Positions 1 to 10,380 of a DNA stretch of 64,000 nucleotides are shown here, one piece after another; the first letter of the stretch is position 1, and each line of letters begins with the position of its first letter. A program made the translations under genes and the position numbers. The notes below the pieces were generated by a model that was not told the DNA's origin, searched no databases, and worked only from the letters and a program-made list of their open reading frames with translations. Origin of the DNA: Podarcis muralis (Eukaryota); NCBI RefSeq assembly GCF_964188315.1, contig NC_135655.1, forward strand, positions 46,190,001 through 46,254,000. The letters run 5' to 3'.

Positions 1-1191
1 AGGTAGTCCATTCCACTTTTGAGTAGCTCTTTCTGTCATCTTTACATATTTTCTGATTTAAAGGATCAGTACATTTTAGACCACAGGCAAAACATGAAAA
101 TAACCCTTATACAACTCACATTTGCAGTCAATCTTAAGAGTATAGAGAAAATACATTTTTGCATTTCTTATTCTTATACTTTCCATATATTGTTTACCTC
201 ACTAGTTCTGAAAATGATGCGGTAATTGTATTGCGATCCATTTTCTTTTATTTCTTCAGGTTTTTCTCTTCTGATGCTGACAGCTACAGGACCAAGGTTC
301 TCATCTGCCCCAAAGTAGTTCCAGTGTTCTTGTGCATTTAAAAAAAGGGGTGCGGGAGGAGAAAAAATTATTTTCCATCTCAGAAAAAAAGGATTCTGTA
401 TGTTACATTTTGCATAGTAAGTAAAGGATTAAGGACAGTTTTGTTCTACATGTGAGCAAGTTCCAACCATCCATGGGCACATGCTCACATGGGCAAATGT
501 AGCATGCACATACAGCTGGGAAACAATTCTAAAGATTTTGGTGATACTCATTCTAACCGCTGTGATAACAGAAACTGCTACCAGTTGTAGCTATGAACAT
601 CTGGTTCACATGCTCAGTGTAATATTTGAATGTTGTAAAGCACAAAACCTTCTTCCAGGTATAGCAAACATTTTCCCAACCTACAGGCTGAGGTCCGTGT
701 TCTATATTAAAGGCACACCAGAATTATGTTAATTATACCCCCCTTTCTAGAACAGTAAGAAGAATTGTGTCAACTGGGGATTTGGAAAAACCTTTTAGTA
801 CAATGAAATACATTATAATAGAGAAACCTCCATTTGACCATTTTAATACATGTTTTACAATGCTGTGGGTGCCAGAACATTCGCACAGTCCCTGTTAAAC
901 AAGTTTTAATTACATTTCCATTTCCAAAATATTTTTAAAACCTCGGCATCTTTCTGTAGATTGTGCCTTTCGATTTGGTCTCGTTCCATGTACATGTTAG
1001 AAGACTGCCTAAACTATAAAGTCTAAAAAAATCCCTGTCATATTATTAAAAAGCAAATTGCAAAATTTAAGTGTTTGTATGAATTATGCCTAGAATGATC
1101 AAGGAACATTCTGTGCAGCAGGCAGTACTTGGAGAACATTTTGTAAAATAGGAAAGAATAATGCTATTCAAGGTATTAAATGATTGCTCAC

Positions 1192-2680
1192 CTTTCTGAT
1201 AGAAGAATTTACGATAATAATATGCACCAAGATCCACGTGTTCAACGATGTATCTCTTCCCTCTATCCAAGTGCAAGACCAGGTTTTCCTTGGGTACTTC
1301 AAGAACAGCCACTCCTGCATTTGTGCAATGAGAGCTAAGAGTGGACTCAAAAGAGGCACTTTCACAGCCACTGAAGGATCCAGAGTTAGATTTTGTGAGA
1401 CTGATCTTTCTTTCTCCTTCCCCACCAATCTCATTACGAAAATAAGGACAACTCATAACAAGGTCATTGCTTTTATCGTCTCCCTGGTCCATATTGAGAC
1501 TTCCTTTGGAATTCAGGTCTTCTGTACTGCCCATTGGGGAATTGAAACTTGCAGAATGGGACAATGGTCCAGAAGCTAATGATGCAACTGCTGCAGCAGA
1601 AGCTCCAGTCGTTGTATTCCTTCGTTTGATCACATTGTGCCGGTTAACTGCCACTTCATTTAAATCAAATAATATGCTCTGGCAATCGTAATGGGCAAAA
1701 CACTTTGGACAAGTCCAAGGCCTGACACTGTCTTCTGATCTGCTGTCCTCAAGATCTGAGGACTTCCCAAGATCCCCTTCAGCTTTGGCATTACGCAGCT
1801 TTCGAAAAATGGAAGAATCTCCTGTCTCTGATTTTGAACGCCTCTTCAGTGGCTTCTCCCTTTCTTTAAATAGTCGAAGGTTCTCCCTCTGAGTTATGGG
1901 TCCATCTATCACATCCAAGGAAAATCCTGAGCCCTTACTTCCACTAGCTATAAGGAGTTCACAGAATTTGCTGGTGCCTGGACCTCTCTGGTCAGATTTT
2001 TCATCTTTAAAACTTTTCAACAGGTCAAAAAAACCTTCCCCTGAAGTACCCTGCTTATCTATTGATGAAGTGCTGCCATATTCCCTGTGCAGTGATGGTC
2101 CAGATTTATAACTGGGCGAGATACATTCATCATAGCTATCTACATCAAGCTCACTTAGGGTAATGTCACTATTACTTCGCTGTCTTATTCTGCGAAGAGC
2201 TTTTCTTGGGGAGCTGTGGTATCCATCAGGAGTGAGAAACCTAGAATCTAGGTTCTCAGACTGCCTTGTTTTGCTCTTAAGTGTGTTTTGGATACTCTTT
2301 AACATGACAGAGTCACTAGAATTCAAGTTAATAGAGCTCCCCTGGCTCCCAGGACTGCTTTTTGAAGACATACTATCAAGGCAGCTTGATGTATCCATTT
2401 CTTGACTTGATCTACTATTTTCTTTGACATTTTCCTTCCTTGGGGGCCAGTCAGCAATCCTGGCCCTAACCCCCATTTTAGGTACTCCAGGAGTAGATGT
2501 AAGGTGATGAGACCCTTCATTGCGTGGAGGGCCTACTGGAGCCATCACTGAAGATCCCAAGCTACCATTCTGTGACCTGAAGCGTCTCATATAAAAGTCA
2601 TCTGAGTGGACTTTAGGAGTTCCATCTGACACTCCGGTGGCAACAGCCCTTTCAGTCTGGGACCGCTTCAAACTGGTCAT
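1192..2680 (-). CDS. SIPA1L1: First coding exon of signal-induced proliferation-associated 1-like protein 1 (N-terminal 496 codons, SPAR N-terminal region before the RapGAP domain); gene continues beyond the left edge
   Basis: Translation [10 protein letters not shown]...[35 protein letters not shown]...[20 protein letters not shown]...[16 protein letters not shown] matches recalled vertebrate SIPA1L1. The ORF track runs to 1067, but a canonical phase-1 donor (AAA G|GTGAGC) lies at 1192/1191; the last 41 aa of the track ORF are intron read-through. Confidence 0.95.
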
Positions 2681-3039
2681 TATTGGAAAACGTGTTTATC
2701 CTTAGTAAGCTCCAAAAGAAAACACAGCCATCTCTGCCTTTCACATTTATAACTCTCTTCCGAAGAAGGTTATCCAGAAAACACAAAGGTTGCATGAGAT
2801 CCCAGTTATGATCATGTAATATAATGGCAAATGTTCTACAGATGCAGCTTTTCTACACTTGATCTTAGCCAAAAGGCCGAGAAGCGATAGCTTTTCTACG
2901 AACGACCGTTGTTCAATCACTTTTGACTTCTTAGAAGTCTTAATCCGTCCATTTCAAAAAGTAGTCATCCTTCCATACGTCAAAAAATAATAATCTTCGT
3001 TTGAAGAATGAACTTTCAACTGGTAAACTTGCTTTAATC
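2681..3039 (-). other. SIPA1L1: 5'UTR portion of the SIPA1L1 first coding exon (exon 1192-3039, 1848 nt)
   Basis: Minus strand reads ctttctcttctttatttgctctag|GATTAAAG: polypyrimidine tract plus AG acceptor at 3041/3040. Size is consistent with the ~1.8-kb first coding exon recalled for mammals. Confidence 0.75.
2853..2888 (-). pseudogene. RNU2: Tailless U2 snRNA retro-fragment (U2 nt 1-36) flanked by an 11-bp direct repeat
   Basis: Reverse complement of 2853-2888 is ATCGCTTCTCGGCCTTTTGGCTAAGATCAAGTGTAG, the U2 snRNA 5' end. AGCTTTTCTAC occurs at 2846-2856 and 2889-2899. Confidence 0.95.
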
Positions 3040-5744
3040 CTAGAGCAAATAAAGAAGAGAAAGTGATTAGCCAGCACATTCACAGTTATATACAGCAGAA
3101 AAGTGAAAGCTTCAATACAGTAGTTGCTTTCTCAGTACATTTCACCACAAAGATCAGCGATTGATACCTAACATACTGTATTTTACAGCTTTGAATGCAG
3201 AATGATGTAAGTTACTTTTCAATATATACAACAGACTTCTCTCTAGATCAACAAGCTATAGGAAAGCTATTACCATCTATACATATGTAGAAAGAACAGA
3301 TGTGCTTCTCAATTAGGAGATACTGAGTTGGATCCAAACTGCTGTTCTGCCAGTGGAAAGCACTTTTGGTTCTGTACTGTGGGACTCTCCACCCCCTATT
3401 TTTGGCAATTGCTCCTTTTCCCTTCTCATGTCACTCTGTTCCAGAGAGTCCTCCAACCCTCAATAGAAGATTGGGGGGGGGGGGGGGACACAGGAGACTG
3501 CAGAGGAAAGGAGGAAGCATGAAAGCTCCATTTTGTAAACATTTATGGAATGGGACTTACTTAGGATTCAAGCCATTCTTAGCAGATTGCCTATTGATTA
3601 CATGTATGCTTTAGGAAGACCAGGTGTAAATTTTGAGTTTTTGCATGGAGTAGTCAGGATTGATTTTGACTGCTGAACCAGGCTGCTACTGCTGGTTACT
3701 ATCCCAAGGACAGACCTGAGAAGCAATTCCTTTTCATCTATTTATTAGTTACTATCATTATCATGGCTATTATTATTATTCACTGCTTGGTTTTCTACTC
3801 AAAATTCAGAAGACACCTTAAAAAAGACGTATCTTGAAGCTCAGCAGTAGCAGCAAAGTGAAATGAAAGTCAGTTACAATATTTCAGGAAAAAGCTCTTC
3901 ATAAATTGCATGAAAGCAGTTTTTGAAATGTAAATGACCACCCAAGACTGGGATCAAAATGTGTGAGGGCTTAACCCTCCTCTGATCACAGCCCCAAAGA
4001 AAATGTCCCTCCTCCCCAAACAAAAGAAAAGCTAAAAATACCTTGAGTGATATATATTTTTTTTTGGGGGGGGGGGTAACAGTGGATAGGAAGAGTTGAA
4101 GAGTTAATCCCCCCCCCATGAGCATGGACCTGATCCTGTTCACTTGGCTCACCTTGTGGCAGCTATCTACATTTCAAAAACTGCACATCAATTATTTTCA
4201 CACAATTAATGTAGCAAAGCTGATGTGACTACCGAGAAGATGTTGCTGCAAATCACCAATCTCACTTCCAAAACTAGGACCAACTCTGGGTTTTGTGAAG
4301 CCCTTGGCACGATGATTTGGGTAGGCTCTCCTCTCCAGTGACACCTGTCTTTGGTGCCTGCGGCATTGGGTCATTTGCCTCCCTGCTGGCTGTTCTTTCA
4401 CTCACCAAGAGGGTGAAGAAATGAATAGGTAGTGGAGAGAGGCAGCAGCAGTTTGTGAGGGCTCTTTGTGAGTGGCTCCTCCTGATGTGCTGGGGTTGCA
4501 ACTACCATTAAAAGATTCCGACCCCTGGCTGAAAATGAGACAACACAAGGCAGATATTCCTCTGCCAAGCTCAGAGAATAAGAAAAAGGAAGGGCCAAGT
4601 CATTTCCCACTCTCCTGACCAGTGTCCCTATGTGGAGCTGACTAATCAGGAGGTGGGATACCCTGGGGGAATAGTGTGCTGGGTAAGATGCCCCCCCAAG
4701 CAGGCTATGTGCCCTGCCCTGGCAGTGCCAATCTCGTTAGAGATGGCTTAGATCGCCCCTTTCCCCCAGATCATCAAAAAGAGATCCCTACTTGAAAGCA
4801 GGAGCCACAATTACTAGGTCCATAAAATTCTGAAAGAAACCAGAGTAGGGGAATAAAAGAAGGGTGAACACTGAGTAAGTTCCTGGAGTTTGCTTCTGAG
4901 CAAATTTCAAAGGTGGCCAATGAAGGCCCAAGTCAACCTTCTGGACGATGACTAGGAAGTCTTCCCAGAGCATTTCTCCTTGTAAACCTTGGCATAGGTT
5001 AGTGTTCAGAGATGACTCAAGACATTTTGCTGACGGCAGAATATCCAAATGTCACCTTCATTGTGCCAAATATATAATAATAATCTGATAGTTAACAGTA
5101 GACTTCCAAATGAGGCTTGCTCAGCCTATTACAAAGCTGGTCTTACTAGCTTCATGTTCCCAAACTTATTTTCCTCTCTCATCCCTTCTACCCACCATCC
5201 CAAATCTTCTTCTCATCCCCAAATTGGAACTCTGTTTGCATAAGCAAGCTCTTACTGCTAATGGCTGGCAGTGCAAGAATCGTCACAGAGAAGTTTTAAG
5301 CTGGAGCCATAGAGCAGACCCCTGATAACTGCCAGGCTGGATACAGCCTGCCAACCATTTATTGCTGCTCCCCTGTTTCTGCTATTCTAAGCAAACAAAA
5401 GTAGTTTTCTAAGACCTTAGTAGCCCACAATACATGGTTAGTGGGCTGTATCTGGCGTGATGGTTCACAAATTATCCAAGTCATCAATGTGCTTAACACA
5501 TTTGCTTAGCACCAGTGGGACTCCAAACAGCCAAGTGGTACTCTGGTGTGAGAAAAAGTATTGCTCAGAACAATTTATCGCAGCATTTCCCCCACGAGCG
5601 GCTATAAAAATACAAATGGAGTTTTGCATGTGCAACTGAGTTTTCAACTTCCTTTCTAGCACAGCCCCTTGCACCTTCTGAAAAATGGCTTCTGAAGGTC
5701 AAGGAACCTTCTGGAACAGCATGGGATGCAGTTCTGGGACCATA

Positions 5745-5825
5745 GTAAAGGTAAAGGTACCCCTGCCCGTCAGGGCCAGTTGTGACCGACTCTAGGGTTG
5801 CGCGCTCATCTCGCTCAAGAGGCCG
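5745..5825 (-). mobile_element. Sauria SINE (Squam1) 3' fragment, 5'-truncated
   Basis: (ACCTTT)n tail (gtaaaggtaaaggtacccctg) plus the BovB-derived 3' region; TSD GGGACCATA at 5736-5744 and 5826-5834. Confidence 0.85.
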
Positions 5826-7069
5826 GGGACCATAACTCGGGTGAAAAATCAGGTTCCACAGAAGTGTTTTCTGGCCCAAAGCCCTCGATTATGAAAGCTG
5901 TCCAAATAAAACGCAAAAAGCAAATGAAAACATTTTGAAGCATTTCCGCAATATTTTTACCTGAAGGTTCACAAAACAGAAAATACAAATACTCAAACCC
6001 TCCCTGCCCCAAACTAGTGATTCAATACACGAACGAATTTTTTTCTACACTCATCTTGCATATTAAAATACAAATGTTTTATCTTCTGTCAAAATAAAGC
6101 ACCTTTTAAATTCTAATTTTATAAGGTTACTGAAACAAAAGGCACTTCCTACATTGACTCTGGACTGATTACAAAGTGGTAGTTTGTCTTTTAAAGCATC
6201 TTTAACAGGAACAACAACAAAAGCCACCTCCACAAATGCACCCTGGCAGGGAGTAGACAAAGGCAAGAGAATGTCAGCATAAAATCCTGCACTGCTGTAT
6301 ACACCCTTTAACACAAAGAAGAGAATCCTATTCAGAGACTCAACCAATTACACAAAATGTGGCCTTCAAATACTTGCCAAGTCTATGCATGCAAGGATGC
6401 TGCTGAACCAGCACCACGTTGACAGAGAAGCATTGTGTACAAATCAAGGCTTCTGACAGTTCTAGGGAAACCAGCACTTTCTGCAGCCTCTTCTCAAAAG
6501 TAACAAGTGCTTGCTACCACAGTAATTAAACCTCTAGCCAGAACATAGCCTGCCTCCAACAACTAGCAAATTTAAAAGCATTTCATGGAATGCAGTATCT
6601 GGAAGAGGGCATGGCTGTCAAAAAGGAACAGTCAACGGAAGCACCCTAGGCTGCAACGTTTTGTTGCAGGCCTCCCTTATTCATGTTTAAAACTGCGATA
6701 AAATGCGCCACAGGTTTGCTGCAATATTCACACGCTTGCCTTGCAATTTTCTATTATCCATTATTAAAAGAATAATAGAGCTTATATGTCTAAGTTAACA
6801 ATCACCATGCTTTATCTGCTAAGGCAACACAATGGCTAGACTGTTAATTAAACAAGCCATTCCAAACAATCCATGTTTAAGACGTCTTTCATAAACCAAT
6901 TGCTATTTTAAAATCTATAATTAAGGTTTTAAAAACACACAGGGTGAGAAGCAATGCAGTGCAAATGGGAGTTTGCTTGTGCAATGGGGCTTCTCCTTCC
7001 TTTCGTCCCCCTTTATGCCTTCTGAACATCCCCAAAAACTGCCCTGGAGTGTCTATGGACACCCTAGAG

Positions 7070-7379
7070 CACAGGTGGGCAACCTAAGGCCCATGGGCCA
7101 CAAGCGTTTAACCAGCCCATGGACCCCCACCGCCCGCTTGGTTGGCTCTTGTGTGTCGTGTTAAACCGGCGTGGAGCAGAGCGGGGACCGCCTTCTGCAA
7201 TGCTGGTCGGCTTCCCATTGGCTGCAGGAAGCTCCTGCAGCCAATGGGAAGCTGCACACACCTCCTTTGTGCAGGAAAAAGAGCCAGAAATAGCATTTAC
7301 GCACACAAACACTCTGGCCCACCGCTGTATCTGCAGGACCGTAGACCGGCCCAAGCCACAAAAACTTTGCCGACCCCTG
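7070..7379. mobile_element. hAT-Charlie-type MITE with internal 20-bp-arm palindrome, nested in an older MITE
   Basis: Ends cacaggtgggcaacc...tttgccgacccctg; 8-bp TSD CCCTAGAG (7062-7069) / CTCTAGAG (7380-7387), close to the Charlie NTCTAGAN preference. Confidence 0.8.
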
Positions 7380-7618
7380 CTCTAGAGCATATTTTGGTGG
7401 CACAAAGGGGATGAAGGGGGGGCAGAGAGAAACCAGAAGTCCCACTGTGCAGACAGATTTTTGTTCCACAAGGAGACTGACATCTCACAATCAGTAAAGG
7501 CCACATTAAGTGTCTTCATAATCATCTAACCTTTTAAAAAGAACATTCCTTTCATAGATTTAAATATCTGAATTACTACAGTTGGCAATAATTATGATGT
7601 GAGGCTATACTCATCAAA

Positions 7619-7968
7619 GGGAAGTGGGTGGCACTGTGGGTTAAACCACAGAGCCTAGGGCTTGCCGATCAGAAGGTCGGCGATTCGAATCCCCGCAACA
7701 GGGTGAGCTCCTGTTGCTCGGTCCCTGCTCCTGCCAACCTAGCAGTTCGAAAGCACGTCAAAGTGCAAGTAGATAAATAGGTACCACTCCGGCGGGAAGG
7801 TAAACGCTGTTTCCGTGTGCTGCTCTGGTTCACCAGAAGCGGCTTAGTCATGCTGGCCACATGACCCAGAAGCTGTACGCCAGCTCCCTCGGCCAGTAAA
7901 GCGAGATGAGCACCGCAACCCCAGAGTCGTCCGCGACTGGACCTAATGGTCAGGGGTCCCTTTACCCT
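7619..7968 (+). mobile_element. Full-length Sauria SINE
   Basis: tRNA-like head (gggtggcactgtgggttaaaccacagagcc...gattcgaatcc), central core, ccctttacc tail; imperfect TSD tatactcatcaa / tatattcatcaa. Confidence 0.93.
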
Positions 7969-8054
7969 TATATTCATCAAGGGAAGGGGGAGAATCACAA
8001 CTTCTTCAGAAAAGTTTTTATTTTGAATTGCGTATTTAAATAGCTGGGGTGCCT

Positions 8055-8193
8055 NNNNNNNNNNNNNNNNNNNNNNNNNNNNNNNNNNNNNNNNNNNNNN
8101 NNNNNNNNNNNNNNNNNNNNNNNNNNNNNNNNNNNNNNNNNNNNNNNNNNNNNNNNNNNNNNNNNNNNNNNNNNNNNNNNNNNNNNNNNNNNN
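8055..8193. other. Assembly gap (139 N)
   Basis: Run of N bases. Confidence 1.
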
Positions 8194-8644
8194 TAACTGT
8201 TCCTTCCTTGGCTTCAAGTGATCACAACTCACTGTAAAAACACAATTGCTCAGAAAAATAAAAAGGAAAAAAATACAGTATTTTATGTTTAATATAATTC
8301 AATGACAAGGTATAATTTCTGCATGCCAAACATAATCTGTAAAGTAAATATTTGGTATTTAAAAACAAGTAAAATAAGAGGGGGGGGAGTTAGTCATCTG
8401 GGGTCTATTCAATGTGGTTTTTTTATAAGCCTGTTACTCGGAATAAATCCAGCTGTCTGGTGCTAACTTCTAGAGAGAACTCTGCATGCTCTGTGCTGTG
8501 TCACACGTAAAGCTGACTGGAAATACAAAATATTTGCGAAAACAAATCTAGCTCTTGTCTTAATGTCAGCTGTGCTCTCCAGCTTGACTACAATTTATCA
8601 GTGATTGTCAAAGAAGAAACATGTTGAGCATTGAGCCAGATTCA

Positions 8645-8771
8645 TAGGGTTGTCATAGTTCAAAATTGTTTTAATAGTGATTTCCCTGATTCGGCAAAAT
8701 TTCCCCTGACACCATTTTTACACCCCAAAACCAGGACATGTCAGGAATTTTCCTGACATATGGCAAGCCTA
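8645..8771. mobile_element. Short hAT (Tip100-like) MITE
   Basis: Terminal TAGGGTTGTCA ... TGGCAAGCCTA, resembling TAGGGTTGCCA TIRs; degenerate 8-bp flanks cagattca / catattta. Confidence 0.6.
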
Positions 8772-9754
8772 CATATTTATAACTTTTCAGTTCCTGCAGG
8801 CACCGAAACTATGACACTGGTGGATGGCAATCTACTCCTGAAAACAATTCCCTAAGAATCCTGGCCAAAGGGGAGGTATGGAACAAATAACCTCTGGAGT
8901 GGGGAGAAGGGAGAACCAAAGAAAAACAAGCTAAGTGACATTGTAGGGTGGAGCCAGAGCTTTAGATGTACTGGATATTATTCAGCTTAGGAAAGAGCCG
9001 GGAAGGGAGTGGCTGCATTTTTTTGCCTGTTTTATGTGTTAACTGTTTGTTTTTATAATTTATATTGAAATGAACTCAACTGATCTAGGGATCTTAAAAT
9101 AAAAAACGCATTGGGGTAAACTCATTTCCACCTTATTAGCTGGCTGTCGCAAGCCACACCAGCTGTTTGACCTTGATGCTCAAGTTGCACACTGCAAAGT
9201 TTATTATTAGACAGTTAATGCTGTAAATCAATGCGGGGATCCTTTCCTCAAAATCCGTGATCTTCAAAGCCACCAGCAAAACGCAAATAATGATAATCAA
9301 AACAATACAAATCTAGCAATAACATCTGTGTCCCATGTTTCCTCCAAAGAGCTAAGGGTAGGCTGAAGAGACAGTGATGGCCAAGGCCATTCAGTGAGCT
9401 TCACAGCTAAGCAGGAGCTTAAACTCCAGACCCTTCAAGCCTTTGGCCCCTGGCCTGCAGGTTCCCCAAACCTGAGTTAGAAGAACAACTTTGGATGCCC
9501 CTACATATGCATGGAACACTCCGTAACTCCAGTCAGGCAACAAACTGCACAATAATCAAGACCCCTATGTTCTCTCTTAACCACCCGAGATTATTCTGCA
9601 TAGGCCTCAGCCCCCTGAGGAGTCTCTAGCCATTGCTGCATGTTTGTCAAAGCTTCAGATTCATTTAAAGGCCTGCTGAATCTGCAAACAAGGATACTGG
9701 ATGGAACCCAATAGAGTGCTGCCTAGAAATTCTACTGATAGTTCTACATCCATT

Positions 9755-10032
9755 GGTTGGTTGGTGTCCTGGGAGACAATGGAGGAGTGTATCTTTGGGG
9801 GTGAAGTCAAACTGTTGGGGAGTTACAACGCCTGCTGTGGCTGTAGAGACCGATACGGGAGAGACATGTGTTGTTGCAGCTGGGGCAGATGAAGGTGTCT
9901 GGCTGTGCTGCTTCACAACCATGCACTATGGTGTTTCTTCTCTTTGCGCTCCTCCCAGTGGTCATTCCTCCTCTGCTTTGCCAAAGGGCCTAGTGCCTGA
10001 AGTCAGCTCTCCCTGGAGCACATCCTTGGGGA
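9755..10032 (-). mobile_element. RTE-clade LINE 3' fragment (C-terminal zinc-finger end of ORF plus (CCAA)n tail) with 24-bp TSD
   Basis: Minus strand translates to PDTFICPSCNNTCLSRIGLYSHSRRC, typical of RTE C-termini; TSD TCTACTGATAGTTCTA(C/A)ATCCATT at 9731-9754 and 10033-10056. Confidence 0.8.
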
Positions 10033-10218
10033 TCTACTGATAGTTCTAAATCCATTATCAAATCTCATTTTGGGCATTTCTAGTTAGGCGGTAATTCTAG
10101 TTAGCAGTGATATTTGATTACTTTCCTACTAACAAGGAATCAGTTCGGAGCAATGCTGGGTGGATGCGAATGGAGAGGTCCCTGCCCCCGAATATTCTGC
10201 TTTTCTCATTTTGACCAC

Positions 10219-10380
10219 ACATTAGGAAGAAATTCCTGATGGTACTAACTGTTCAACAGTGGAACAGACTGCTTCAGAAGGTGGTGGACTCTCCGTCATT
10301 AGAGGTTTTAAAGAGGGTAGATGGCCACTGATCAGGGCTTTGGAGTAGATGACCTTTAAAATCCTTTCCAACTCTATGGT
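10219..10380 (+). mobile_element. Old CR1 LINE 3' end
   Basis: acattaggaagaaattcctg...gttcaacagtggaacagactg...gtggtggactctcc...tttccaactctatg; homologous to the younger CR1 at 33234-33664. Confidence 0.75.

Noticed and set aside
1067-1191. C-terminal 41 aa of the 537-aa track ORF (GEQSFNTL...)
   Set aside because: Lies past a canonical GTGAGC donor and no longer resembles SIPA1L1; intron read-through.
2853-2888. Functional U2 snRNA gene or a Utopia-type target site
   Set aside because: Only 36 of about 190 nt are present, with no Sm site, PSE or 3' box, and no adjacent retrotransposon sequence; the direct repeats indicate a retro-insertion.
7669-8237. ORFs containing X runs
   Set aside because: Artefacts of reading through the N gap and a Sauria SINE.
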